A stretch of 64,000 nt of DNA from Syntrophales bacterium (lineage in GTDB: Bacteria > Desulfobacterota > Syntrophia > Syntrophales > PHBD01): NCBI GenBank assembly GCA_963668175.1, contig OY764159.1, positions 1,280,001-1,344,000 of the forward strand, written 5' to 3'. The notes below the pieces were generated by a model, which saw only the letters and a program-made list of their open reading frames with translations, was not told the DNA's origin and did not search any database. Numbering within the stretch: position 1 is the first letter of the stretch; each line of letters starts with the position of its first letter. This document shows positions 29,597 through 39,287 of this stretch, piece after piece. A program made the translations under genes and the position numbers.

Positions 29597-30421
29597 ATGA
29601 AAGAACCCATTTCCTTTGTCCGCAAGGCTGTTGACTTGTCCTTGCCGGACGGGCGGTTGAGCGGCGAATTTATCGCGCCGTCTGGAGAACCGGCATCTCC
29701 GCCGGGAGCGCCGACGCTGGTCTTTCTCCATGAAGGCCTAGGCAGCATCGGCCAGTGGCGGGATTTCCCCGACGAATTATGCGCCGCCTCCGGCCTTTGC
29801 GGGTTCATCTACGAACGGCAGGGGCATGGCCGTTCCGATCCCTTGGTGGGAAAAAGGACTGTTGCGTATCTCCATAAAGAAGCCCTTCGGGTTTTGCCTG
29901 CGGTCCTCGAGCAAGCGAACATTTCCAACGTGGTCCTGATCGGACACAGCGACGGCGGCTCCATGGCCCTTCTCTTCGCCGCCGCTTATCCCGAAAGGGT
30001 GCTCGGTGTTGTGACGGAGGCGGCCCACGTCTTCGTGGAGGATGTGACCCTGGCCGGAATCCGGAAAGCCGTGGAGCTTTACGCAACATCGCCTATGAAG
30101 CAGCAGCTTGAGAAATATCACGGTGCAAACACCGAAGCCCTTTTCCATGCCTGGGCGGATACCTGGCTTGCACCCGACTTTCGGGACTGGAGCATCGAAT
30201 ATTGCCTCGACCGCATCCGGTGTCCCCTTCTCGCCATACAGGGGCGCGACGACGAGTACGGGACGCCTCTTCAGGTGGAAACGATCGTTGCGCTGGCCGG
30301 GCAAACGGCGCAGCCCCTGATTATCGACGGCTGCGGTCATATCCCCCACCACCAGGCAAAGCGGCAGGTCCTGGCGGCCGTCGTTCCCTTCCTGGCCGGC
30401 TGTATCTCAAAAAGCGTTTGA
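29597..30421 (+). CDS. Alpha/beta hydrolase
   Basis: FLHEGLGS, GHSDGG, QGRDDEYG and CGHIPH motifs. Confidence 0.9.
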   Translation: MKEPISFVRKAVDLSLPDGRLSGEFIAPSGEPASPPGAPTLVFLHEGLGSIGQWRDFPDELCAASGLCGFIYERQGHGRSDPLVGKRTVAYLHKEALRVLPAVLEQANISNVVLIGHSDGGSMALLFAAAYPERVLGVVTEAAHVFVEDVTLAGIRKAVELYATSPMKQQLEKYHGANTEALFHAWADTWLAPDFRDWSIEYCLDRIRCPLLAIQGRDDEYGTPLQVETIVALAGQTAQPLIIDGCGHIPHHQAKRQVLAAVVPFLAGCISKSV

Positions 30422-30578
30422 TTTTAAACGGAAGCGGTGCGAATATCTACGATATCGTTCCGGATGCTCGGCTTCACGGATCTCGCCGTGAGGGGGGACG
30501 AAAGCGGGAGGATGTCTTAAGGTTTGTACGGGGCAGTCCCGGTCTTTCGGGACGGAACCATAGGGCAAGGAGGTGAGT

Positions 30579-31025
30579 ATGTTCAAGGAATTCAAAGAAT
30601 TCGCCATGCGGGGAAATGTCGTGGACATGGCCGTCGGCATCATTATCGGCGCGGCATTCGGATCGATCGTGAAATCCTTGGTCGATGACGTGATTATGCC
30701 GCCCATTGGACTCCTCCTGGGGAACGTCGATTTTTCCAATCTCTACCTCGTTTTGAAGCAGGGGACCGTCGCCGGCCCGTATACGGCCCTGGTCGAGGCC
30801 AAGAAAGCCGGCGCCGTGACGATCAATTACGGGCTGTTTGCCAACACCGTTTTGAGCTTCCTGATCGTGGCCTTCGCGGTCTTTCTTCTCGTTCGGGCGA
30901 TCAACCGCCTGAAGCGCAAAGAAGAAACGGCCCCGGCCGTACCGACAACGAAAGAGTGTCCCCGCTGCCTGTCGGTTATCCATATCAAGGCAGCTCGATG
31001 TCCCTTCTGCACGTCGGACCTGTAA
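30579..31025 (+). CDS. mscL: Large-conductance mechanosensitive channel with C-terminal Cys4 motif
   Basis: [24 protein letters not shown]; tail CPRC...CPFC. Confidence 0.96.
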   Translation: MFKEFKEFAMRGNVVDMAVGIIIGAAFGSIVKSLVDDVIMPPIGLLLGNVDFSNLYLVLKQGTVAGPYTALVEAKKAGAVTINYGLFANTVLSFLIVAFAVFLLVRAINRLKRKEETAPAVPTTKECPRCLSVIHIKAARCPFCTSDL

Positions 31026-31105
31026 AGACGGAAACGGCGGCATGATCGGGTGAGTCGGCCAAGGACGGCGGCGCGGCCGTGTAGCCGGAAAGCGAGGAAA
31101 CATTC

Positions 31106-31588
31106 ATGAGGAAAAAAGACAGGGAGATTCGGGACAGGGCGGAGGTCGACCGGATCATCGGCACAGTTGCGGTCTGCCGCCTCGGCCTGTGCAGGGACAA
31201 CCGGCCCTATGTCGTTCCCGTCTCTTTCGGTTACGACGGCGCTTCCATCTATTTCCATACGCCGCCGGCGGGTATGATGATCGACTATATCGAGGCCAAC
31301 GATGCCGTCTGTTTCGAGATGGAGCACGATGTCCGTATGCTTCCCGCCGAAGACAGCGCCTGTCGCTGGTCCGTATCCTACGTCAGCGTGATCGGTTTCG
31401 GCCGGGTGCGGGAGGTGACTGCGCCGGAAGAGAAGATTGACGCCCTGGAATGGATCATGAGGCAATACAGCGGCAAGGCGTGGGACTTTGATGCGGCGGC
31501 GGCCGGAAAGACGCGTATCTGGCGTATCGCCGTCGAGTCATTGACGGGAAGACAATCGAAGGATAGAATAACGGTTCGATCTTCATAA
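31106..31588 (+). CDS. Pyridoxamine 5'-phosphate oxidase-like (NimA-type) flavin-binding protein
   Basis: MRKKDREI, PYVVP, IYFH and YVSVIGFG motifs. Confidence 0.87.
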   Translation: MRKKDREIRDRAEVDRIIGTVAVCRLGLCRDNRPYVVPVSFGYDGASIYFHTPPAGMMIDYIEANDAVCFEMEHDVRMLPAEDSACRWSVSYVSVIGFGRVREVTAPEEKIDALEWIMRQYSGKAWDFDAAAAGKTRIWRIAVESLTGRQSKDRITVRSS

Positions 31589-31608
31589 GCTGCAGGAAGG
31601 AGTACACG

Positions 31609-32493
31609 ATGCCAAGAAAAAGAATGTTGTGGCCGCTTTTGATCGCCGTGGCCCTGGTGGTTTCGGCATGCGCCGGAAAGGAGGTCCTTCCTCCTCCGAA
31701 ACCGGCCAAGGTGGCCATCGTCCTGGGCGCGGGCGCGTCGAAAGGGTTTGCCCATATCGGTGTCCTGAAGGTCCTGGAGAGCCAGAAAATCCCGATCCAC
31801 ATGGTCGTGGGAACCAGCGTCGGCAGTTTTGTCGGGAGCCTGTATGCTTACGGCTTCGATGCCATGACGCTTCACACCATCGCCCTGTCGCTCGAAAAGG
31901 ACGCCGTGGTCGATCTGACGTTTCCGGACAACGGATTTATCAAAGGGGAGAAGCTCCGGGACTATGTCAACAGGTCCCTCCGGAATACCCCGATCGAAAA
32001 GCTCAGGATGCCCTTCTATGCCGTGGCGACCAATATTCAAACCGGCGAGGAGGTCGTCTTCGGAACGGGCAATACGGGCATGGCCGTCCAGGCGAGCTGT
32101 TCCGTCCCCGGCATCTTCCAGCCGGCGCGATTCTCCGGCAGCACATACGTGGACGGCGGCGTGGTCAGCCCTGTGGCGGTCGATGTCGCCAGGCGGTACG
32201 GGGCCGATGTCGTCATCGCCGTGGATATCTCCGCCGGCATCGACCGCCTGATACCGACGACGACGGCGGAAACCCTTCTGAAATCGGTGGACATCATGTA
32301 CGAAAAGATGTCCCTGCCGCAGGTCGGCAGGGCCGACGTGGTCATCCGGCCGCGGGTGGCCGGTGTGGGTTCGGCCGATTTTTCGAAACGGCACGAAGCC
32401 ATCCTGGAAGGCGAAAGGGCGGCACTGGAAGCTCTCCCGCGACTGCAGGCGGTCGTCAACAAACTCCGGGACGAGGGGAGGCTCCCCCGCTGA
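31609..32493 (+). CDS. Patatin-like phospholipase lipoprotein
   Basis: Lipobox VSAC; GAGASKG, GTSVG and DGG motifs. Confidence 0.92.
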   Translation: MPRKRMLWPLLIAVALVVSACAGKEVLPPPKPAKVAIVLGAGASKGFAHIGVLKVLESQKIPIHMVVGTSVGSFVGSLYAYGFDAMTLHTIALSLEKDAVVDLTFPDNGFIKGEKLRDYVNRSLRNTPIEKLRMPFYAVATNIQTGEEVVFGTGNTGMAVQASCSVPGIFQPARFSGSTYVDGGVVSPVAVDVARRYGADVVIAVDISAGIDRLIPTTTAETLLKSVDIMYEKMSLPQVGRADVVIRPRVAGVGSADFSKRHEAILEGERAALEALPRLQAVVNKLRDEGRLPR

Positions 32494-32540
32494 GCCGGAA
32501 CGAAGCTAATAAATATTCGGCAATCCTGTGATATGGATCA

Positions 32541-32732
32541 CGGCAACAACCTTCAGGGTATGCGATCATCGCTGCCAGTGATCCTCCTGATCCGTCTACC
32601 GGACGGCATATATCTCACGGGGCAACAGGGACATGGCAGCTTGCTCGGGAAGCCGCCAAGCCGGCATCGGCCGGGATGCCGGCTTGCCCATGAGATATGA
32701 CCTTGCCGAGGTTGCCGGTAACGGATTGCCGG
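32541..32732 (+). promoter_or_regulatory. Candidate structured cis-regulatory RNA leader
   Basis: Closed multi-branch set of complementary segments in an ORF-free gap, ending next to the RBS. Confidence 0.4.
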
Positions 32733-32742
32733 GGAGCATGCC

Positions 32743-33060
32743 ATGGCAAAAAAGAGCAACACCACAATCATAAGAATTGTCCTCAAGGTCATCCTCGTCC
32801 TTATTCCCCTCGTTATCGTCGTCTTATGGGCCGGATGGGCCTATTACAACAGCGATGAGGCCGTCAAGAAAAGGGAAAAGACGGCCCGACGCGATGCCTG
32901 TTATGCCGACGTCAAGGAACGATACGAGAATCGTCTCCGCGATTATGCGCAGAAACAGAGTGACGGATCCTATCAAATCTCCGAACAGGTGAAGGAAAAG
33001 CTCGGCTATATCCGCAAGGAAGAGTTCCGGAGCTGCACGGAACTGTTTCCTGTGGACTGA
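32743..33060 (+). CDS. Hypothetical single-TM protein
   Basis: GGGGAG RBS; N-terminal TM; two Cys in the predicted periplasmic part. Confidence 0.7.
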   Translation: MAKKSNTTIIRIVLKVILVLIPLVIVVLWAGWAYYNSDEAVKKREKTARRDACYADVKERYENRLRDYAQKQSDGSYQISEQVKEKLGYIRKEEFRSCTELFPVD

Positions 33061-33087
33061 GCGGTTCCAAGGACGAAAATCGCTTCG

Positions 33088-34092
33088 TCAGGGGCTGTTC
33101 GCGGTGATGGCGGCCTTGAAGGCGTCGGCCTTCCCTTTGGGGATGCGCAGCCGGTGATGGCCCGGAGGGATGATGTCCTGTTTCAATTCCGGGTTCATCT
33201 CCCTGATGGCCTTGAAGGTCGTATCGCAGGCCTGAGCGACGGCCTTGATGGGGATGTCCTTGGCCGTGCTGAATTCCGCCGTGTCGTAGTCGAAGGGCGG
33301 GTAGCGTTGTTCGGGGGCTATCCTGTAGCCGTAGAACTCCGGGCGGGAAAGGATGGTCTTGATGGCCAGGAGGCGAAAGACGTAGAATTCCGTCTCCAGG
33401 GGGAGATCGAGGTCGTAGTAGTTCTTCACTTCCTGGCTGTTCAGACTGCGGACGACTTTGTTCTCGCCGCAGTTGTACGCCGCGACCGCCAGCGTCCAGC
33501 TTTTATACATGTTGTAAAGGTCCGTCAGATACTGGAGGGCGGCATCCGTGGAGCGTTCGAAATTCTGCCGCTGGTCGATCCATTTATCCACCCGAAGACC
33601 GTATCGTTTAGCCGTTCCGGCGACGAACTGCCAGGGTCCAACGGCCTTGGCCGATGAGACGGCGTAGGTTTTGAGGCTGCTTTCCGCCACGACGACATAC
33701 TTCAGGTCGTCCGGAAGGTTCTTTTCTTTCAGCTTCTTCTCGATGTAGGGGAAATACCGGTTGGCCCGCTTGATCCAGAGGATGACCTGGGGGTGGTTGT
33801 AGACGGACCCGATCATCGCCTGATCCATCAATTCCCGCACATCCTGCCTTTCGAGAGGGACACGCTCCCCGCAAAAATTCAAAGCCGATGGGATATCGAA
33901 GACCGGCACCGTCGGTGCCGGACCGGGTTGGGCCGCAGCGGCATAGGGTGAAAGAAACAGACAACCTACCGCCAGACAGAAGAGGAGGGAGCCGAACAGT
34001 ACCTGTAAAATCGCCGCGGGGAAGGGACGCGGCAACTGCCCTTCCCCGCGAATGTCATGACCGACGATGCTGCTTGTGTAATGAATCATCAT
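33088..34092 (-). CDS. MltD-like lytic transglycosylase
   Basis: AESS, SSAKAVGPWQF, AAYNCGE and LPLETEFYV SLT motifs; start uncertain. Confidence 0.9.
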   Translation of the reverse strand: MMIHYTSSIVGHDIRGEGQLPRPFPAAILQVLFGSLLFCLAVGCLFLSPYAAAAQPGPAPTVPVFDIPSALNFCGERVPLERQDVRELMDQAMIGSVYNHPQVILWIKRANRYFPYIEKKLKEKNLPDDLKYVVVAESSLKTYAVSSAKAVGPWQFVAGTAKRYGLRVDKWIDQRQNFERSTDAALQYLTDLYNMYKSWTLAVAAYNCGENKVVRSLNSQEVKNYYDLDLPLETEFYVFRLLAIKTILSRPEFYGYRIAPEQRYPPFDYDTAEFSTAKDIPIKAVAQACDTTFKAIREMNPELKQDIIPPGHHRLRIPKGKADAFKAAITANSP

Positions 34093-34109
34093 GGCGTTCC
34101 GTTTAACCG

Positions 34110-34694
34110 TCAGGCTTTCTTCCCGTAGAGCTGCTTCATGAGCCAGGCCATGTTCTTGCCGAGGTCTTTCATGGTCTGTACGCCTTCCGCATCGTTATTG
34201 ACCTCCCCGGGATCCCTGCCGATGCCCAGGCTCCAATAGCTCGAACCGGGCATGACCATCTGCATGTAGTGGAGAAAGAGGTTCATGGAGCTGAAGGCCG
34301 GTATCGCCCCGGCGCGCCGCACGGCAACGACGGACGCCCCGACCTTCCTCTTGAACATGTAGTCGTTGGCGCGGCCGACGAAACCGCACCGCTCGATGAA
34401 GGCCCTCATGTTCGACGAGACGTCGGAAAAATAGGTGGGCGAGCCGAGGAGAATGCCTTCGGCGCCTTCCATCTTCTCGATGATTTCGTTGAGTAGATCG
34501 TCCTTCATGATGCAGCGGCGGTCTTTGTTCTTGAAACATTTGTAGCAGGCCCTGCAGCCCGCAAGCTGTTTCCCCCCGAGCTGGATCATTTCCGTCTCGA
34601 TGCCTTCCTGCTTCAGTTCGTCCATGACCAAATTGAGCAAAATGGCCGTGTTGCCGTCCTTCCTCGCACTTGCGTTTAAAGCCACAACCTTCAT
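34110..34694 (-). CDS. Iron-sulfur flavoprotein / flavodoxin family protein
   Basis: SARKDGNT, CRACYKC...C, GSPTYF and RRAG motifs. Confidence 0.9.
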   Translation of the reverse strand: MKVVALNASARKDGNTAILLNLVMDELKQEGIETEMIQLGGKQLAGCRACYKCFKNKDRRCIMKDDLLNEIIEKMEGAEGILLGSPTYFSDVSSNMRAFIERCGFVGRANDYMFKRKVGASVVAVRRAGAIPAFSSMNLFLHYMQMVMPGSSYWSLGIGRDPGEVNNDAEGVQTMKDLGKNMAWLMKQLYGKKA

Positions 34695-34774
34695 GCGTCG
34701 TTTCCTCCTGTGATAGTAGTGACACGGTCATTCCGTGCCTGGATGATATGATGAACGCTCTCCGCTGCTATTAC

Positions 34775-35305
34775 TTACACCAGTTTCTTCAATTCCTGCA
34801 AGAAGACGTCGTATGTCTTTTGATCGAAGAGCACGAACCGGATGGTCTTGATGTCGCCGTGTTCCTTCAGGTAATCAACGGCCGTCTTCAGGGCGATGTG
34901 TGCCGCTTCGTCCAGTGGGTAGCCGTAGGCGCCGGTGCTGATAGAAGGGAAGGCGACACTTTTGAGCCCCCGGGCGGATGCCAGCTTCAGGCTTTCCCGG
35001 TAGGCGCTTTTCAGAAGTGTCGCTTCGCCGGCCGTGCCGCCGCGGTAGATCGGTCCGACCGTGTGGATGACGAAGCCGGCCTTGAGGTTGCCGCCGGTGG
35101 TAATGACGGCCTGCCCGGTGGGGCAATAGCCGATCTGCCGGCAGGCGGCCATGATGGCTGGTCCCCCGGCCCTGTGAATGGCGCCGTCCACGCCGCCGCC
35201 GCCGCGAAGGCCTTCATTGGCCGCGTTGACGATGGCGTCCGTCTCTTCCTGCGTGATATCCCCGACAACGAGGGAAAGGGTCCCTCCGGCAATTCCGATG
35301 TCCAT
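34775..35305 (-). CDS. Macro-domain O-acetyl-ADP-ribose deacetylase (YmdB-like)
   Basis: GDIT, NAAN, GGGGVDGAIH, HTVGP and SISTGAYGYP motifs. Confidence 0.93.
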   Translation of the reverse strand: MDIGIAGGTLSLVVGDITQEETDAIVNAANEGLRGGGGVDGAIHRAGGPAIMAACRQIGYCPTGQAVITTGGNLKAGFVIHTVGPIYRGGTAGEATLLKSAYRESLKLASARGLKSVAFPSISTGAYGYPLDEAAHIALKTAVDYLKEHGDIKTIRFVLFDQKTYDVFLQELKKLV

Positions 35306-35354
35306 CCTTATCTCTCCTTTCCGCCTGAAAGAAGGCGGCGGTCCTGCCGCACGG

Positions 35355-36938
35355 TTATGCGTCTTCCGCCACGGGGATGCCGTCCCCATAGACGAGCATG
35401 CGATACGTCTTTTCGATGCGGTCCCAGTTCTCTTCCCGGTCCATCGACCAGTACCGGCCGATCACCGAGACGACCCGGCCCAGTTTCATCTCGGCGCATT
35501 TCTTCTCGATCTCCCGGATATAAATGGCGCCGCTTTCCGGCTGCTCCCCCCTCCTGCCCAGCATGGCGTGAATGAAGAGTTCCTCGACGCCTTCCCGTTT
35601 CGCCATGTCCATCAGGGCGAAGAGATGGCGGATGGAACCGTGGGAGCTGAAGAAAGAGACGATGCCCATGAGATGGAGGGCTTTTCCCGATCTTTTGGCT
35701 TTGTTCATGGCGTAGAGGAAGGCCTCGTTCCGGAAAAAAGATCCGTCGGCGATGGCCCGGTCGATCTGTACCCGGTCCGAATAGATTCTCCTGCCGGCAC
35801 CGATGTGGAGGTGTCCGGCTTCCGAGTTGCCCACCGTTCCCGGAGGCAGGCCGACCGCTTCGCCCGATGCGGCAAGCTTGGCTGCCGGATGCGTTTGATA
35901 GAACCGGTCGAAATTCGGCGTCCCGGCCTCGGCGATGAGATTGCCCTCGGCCGCTTCGTTGATGCCCCATCCATCCAGGAGCAGGACAAGAATCCGGGGT
36001 GCGGTCAACTCCGCTGCCGTGCCTTCGATAAGGGATGTGCCCGTCATGGCGGCGGGTCTGGGAAGTCCGAGGAGATGCAGGACCGTAGGCGCGACGTCCG
36101 TCAGCTCCCCGTTGCCGCGGAGGGAAGCGGTGCAGTGCGGGTGGATGAGAATGAACGGCACGGGGCTGTCCGTATGGCCCGTATCGACCACCCCGTCGGG
36201 AAACAGCCAACGCTCGGCAGTGCCGTGGTCGGCCGTGACGATGGCCGTCAGGCCGGCCTCTTCCGCCTCCGCGACGATCCGTCCCGCCTGCCTGTCGACG
36301 GCCTCGACGGCCCGGATGACGGCTCCTTTGTTCTCAATGTGGCCTACGACGTCCACATTCGGGAGATTGGCGAAGATAAATCCGCATTCGGGATCGTGGA
36401 TCTTCGCAATGACGGCGTCGGCGATGGCCTCGACGGACATCTCCGGGGCCTCGTCGAAAAGGGCGACGTCCTTCCTGGTCGGAACGACAATCCGCTCTTC
36501 CCCCGGGAGGTTTTCCTGTTTCTTGCCGTTGAGAAAGAAACCGACATGGACCGCCTTTTCGGCTTCCGTTATCTTGACCTGCTTCATGCCATGCGCCGCC
36601 AGGACGTCGCAAAGGGTCTCCCCGATGACGTCTTCCTGGGGAAAGGCCACACGGACGTTCAAGCCCTTCCTGTATTCGATCATGGTGGCGAAGGCGCCCG
36701 GCAGGTCCTTATCGACGGGAAATTCATCGAAATCCGGGCCGGTAAGGCTCTCTGTCAGTTCGATCTCCCGTTCCCCGCGTATGTTGTAGAAGATGACGGA
36801 ATCGCCCCTGCTGATTCTGCCCGCCGGTGATCCCTCCCGCGTCGTCAGCACATGCGGTTCGAGGGTTTCGTCTTCCTTGCCGTTCAGATAGGCCGTTTTT
36901 ACGGCCCGGGACAAGGGGTAAGGATCTGAAGACGGCAT
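35355..36938 (-). CDS. gpmI: Cofactor-independent phosphoglycerate mutase homolog, circularly permuted
   Basis: Main GpmI motifs recognisable but in permuted order: NVDVVGH, TADHG and HT come before LLDGWG and GNSEAGH. Confidence 0.85.
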   Translation of the reverse strand: MPSSDPYPLSRAVKTAYLNGKEDETLEPHVLTTREGSPAGRISRGDSVIFYNIRGEREIELTESLTGPDFDEFPVDKDLPGAFATMIEYRKGLNVRVAFPQEDVIGETLCDVLAAHGMKQVKITEAEKAVHVGFFLNGKKQENLPGEERIVVPTRKDVALFDEAPEMSVEAIADAVIAKIHDPECGFIFANLPNVDVVGHIENKGAVIRAVEAVDRQAGRIVAEAEEAGLTAIVTADHGTAERWLFPDGVVDTGHTDSPVPFILIHPHCTASLRGNGELTDVAPTVLHLLGLPRPAAMTGTSLIEGTAAELTAPRILVLLLDGWGINEAAEGNLIAEAGTPNFDRFYQTHPAAKLAASGEAVGLPPGTVGNSEAGHLHIGAGRRIYSDRVQIDRAIADGSFFRNEAFLYAMNKAKRSGKALHLMGIVSFFSSHGSIRHLFALMDMAKREGVEELFIHAMLGRRGEQPESGAIYIREIEKKCAEMKLGRVVSVIGRYWSMDREENWDRIEKTYRMLVYGDGIPVAEDA

Positions 36939-37142
36939 GGGTATCTCCTTTGCTTCGTATGAGAGTATGTTCCCGATCTGTATGGCCGGGGACGTAAGAC
37001 CATTTTTCTAACCAAATTGGCGGTGGCTGTAAAGAGAAACTTTCAGCGCAGGGCGGCATTCGCTGGCTTTTCAGTTGAAAACACGGCCTTTACATGTTAG
37101 ACGGTAAGGTTAGAAATTGTTTCGCAAAGGCCTCCGGGAGCG

Positions 37143-37553
37143 ATGCCCGAGAGGCCGGAATGTCTGGACAAGAGCGTGACGCTGGAAGCTAAAAAGACGC
37201 CGGAAAACGTCCTGCAGGAGGAACTCCTCAAAGAGAGGGCGGAAGTCCTCTGCCGTGCCGGAGAACGTCTGGCCGAGGCCCTGGAGAAGGTCCATGCGGC
37301 GGGAAAACGGATTGAGGACCTGCTGAGGGATCTCGATCGGGCGGCTGAGGAACGGGGTTCTCGGGCGAAGAAGGATGCCCTGGATGCCGTGAACCGGGAG
37401 ATCAGGGCCTATAACACGGCCCGGGACCATGCCAAGCTCCGCTACTACTATATGATCGTGACCAGGGAGGCCCTCGGTATGCGCCGCCACCACTGGGTGG
37501 ACGAGTTTTACCGGATACCCCCCAAGAAAAAACTGCTGCGGGAAGAAAGATGA
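37143..37553 (+). CDS. Hypothetical helical protein
   Basis: GGGAG RBS; overlaps pcm start (ATGA). Confidence 0.7.
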   Translation: MPERPECLDKSVTLEAKKTPENVLQEELLKERAEVLCRAGERLAEALEKVHAAGKRIEDLLRDLDRAAEERGSRAKKDALDAVNREIRAYNTARDHAKLRYYYMIVTREALGMRRHHWVDEFYRIPPKKKLLREER

Positions 37554-38203
37554 CGAGATACCAGAAACAGCGCGCCAAGATGGTCGAATCCCAGTTGAAG
37601 GCCCGGGGGATCAAAGACAGCCGGGTCCTGAAGGCCATGGAGACCATCCCCAGGCATCTCTTCGTCGACGAGGCGCTCATGGACCAGGCTTACAACGACA
37701 GCCCTCTCCCCATCGACGAACGCCAGACCATCTCACAGCCCTATATCGTCGCCCTGATGACGGAGGCCCTGGGCCTTGGCGGCAGGGAAAAGGTGCTGGA
37801 AATCGGCACCGGTTCCGGTTATCAGACGGCGATCCTCGCCGCACTTGCCGACCGGGTTTTCTCCATCGAGCGCATCGCCTCCCTGGCCAACCGGGCCAGG
37901 AATATCCTGGACGCCCTCAATTTCTACAATGTGGCCATCCGGGTGGGCGATGGAACGTACGGCTGGAGGGAGGAGTCCCCGTTTGACGGCATCATTGTCA
38001 CAGCAGGTGCGCCGCGTATTCCCGAGACGTTTACGGCCCAATTGGCCGTCGGCGGCAGGCTCGTCATCCCGGTGGGCAGCCGCATATCCCAGGACCTGTT
38101 CCGGGTCACCCGCCTTTCGGAGGATGTCAACGATCTGAAGACGGAAAACCTGGGCGGGTGTCGTTTTGTGGATCTCATCGGCGAGCACGGATGGGAGAAT
38201 TGA
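37550..38203 (+). CDS. pcm: Protein-L-isoaspartate O-methyltransferase
   Basis: [33 protein letters not shown] and RFVDLIG motifs. Confidence 0.97.
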   Translation: MTRYQKQRAKMVESQLKARGIKDSRVLKAMETIPRHLFVDEALMDQAYNDSPLPIDERQTISQPYIVALMTEALGLGGREKVLEIGTGSGYQTAILAALADRVFSIERIASLANRARNILDALNFYNVAIRVGDGTYGWREESPFDGIIVTAGAPRIPETFTAQLAVGGRLVIPVGSRISQDLFRVTRLSEDVNDLKTENLGGCRFVDLIGEHGWEN

Positions 38204-38241
38204 AGGATCATTCCTGCCTGCGTCGCCTGCAGGCGGACAAC

Positions 38242-39228
38242 TTGAGAATTGCCCCGGTCGGAAAAGGACTCTTGTTCCTCGCCGCCGTTCTTCTTTTCGT
38301 CGCCGCGATTCCGGCCTCTGCCTTCTGTGCCGCTCCGTCCAAAGCCTCCTCAGCAAAAGGCGTCTATCACCGGGTGAAGAACGGGGAAACGCTGACCGGC
38401 ATCGCCCGGGCTTACGGGATTCCGGTACAGACCATTGCCGAGGCCAACCGTATCAAAATAACGGCGCGTGTCGAAAAGGACAGCGTTATCTTCATCCCCG
38501 GGGCCAAGCGCGTCATCGAGAATACGACGCCGCTGGGCCTTGCAAAACGCGAAAAGGCGAAAGCGGCGGCTGAAAAAAGCGAGAAGAAGGGAAAAGACAA
38601 GGCCAGACCCCAGGCAAAGCGAACGGAACGGGACGAGAAGAAGGCAGCCGGGCGGGGAGTCGAGGACAGGAAGAAGGGGCCCGCCGTAACGAAAAAAGCG
38701 CCGCCGGAGGACGGAGACGACAAGCCGGTAGCCAAGGCAAAGGACAAGCAACCATCCGGCGACGAAAAGAGAATCGTTCGGAAGGATAAGAAGGACCCGC
38801 CGCAAAGAATCCGCCCCGCAGCCAAGCCGGACGATGTCCGGACCGCGCCGCCGGCGGGCGCGCGGTTCGTCTGGCCCGTGAAGGGACGGGTCGTTTCGAA
38901 ATTCGGCCTCCAGCCCGGCGGCATGTTCTATAACGGGATAAAGATTGCCGGCCGTCCGGACCGGTCCATCGTGGCCGTCGCCCCGGGCGTCGTGATCTAC
39001 TCGTCGGCCCTGAAGGATTACGGGGAAACGGTGATCGTCAAGCACGCCGGGCAGTTCGCCACGGTCTACACGAACCTGGGCGAAAGGTCTGTCGCCGTCG
39101 ACAGCCGGGTTAAACAGGGGGGCAAGATCGGGCTGATGGGCGTGATCGAAGGGAAGAACGAGGGATTCATGACTTTTGAGGTCCGCTACAAGAACAAGGC
39201 GGTGAATCCGCTCCGCTATCTGAAATAA
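38242..39228 (+). CDS. LysM plus degenerate M23 domain protein (NlpD-like)
   Basis: HRVKNGETL LysM, Lys-rich linker, WPVKG, YGETVIVKH, FEVR...VNP; directly after pcm; start approximate. Confidence 0.85.
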   Translation: MRIAPVGKGLLFLAAVLLFVAAIPASAFCAAPSKASSAKGVYHRVKNGETLTGIARAYGIPVQTIAEANRIKITARVEKDSVIFIPGAKRVIENTTPLGLAKREKAKAAAEKSEKKGKDKARPQAKRTERDEKKAAGRGVEDRKKGPAVTKKAPPEDGDDKPVAKAKDKQPSGDEKRIVRKDKKDPPQRIRPAAKPDDVRTAPPAGARFVWPVKGRVVSKFGLQPGGMFYNGIKIAGRPDRSIVAVAPGVVIYSSALKDYGETVIVKHAGQFATVYTNLGERSVAVDSRVKQGGKIGLMGVIEGKNEGFMTFEVRYKNKAVNPLRYLK

Positions 39229-39287
39229 ATGCGTTGCCCGGTCTGCGGACGGCGCCGGGCGGCGATCAATGAACGAGGAGAAAATGC

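Noticed and set aside
31609..35305. Patatin or macro domain as CBASS/Thoeris effectors
   Set aside because: The patatin is a lipoprotein, the macro domain is YmdB-type, and no cyclase or TIR partner is present.
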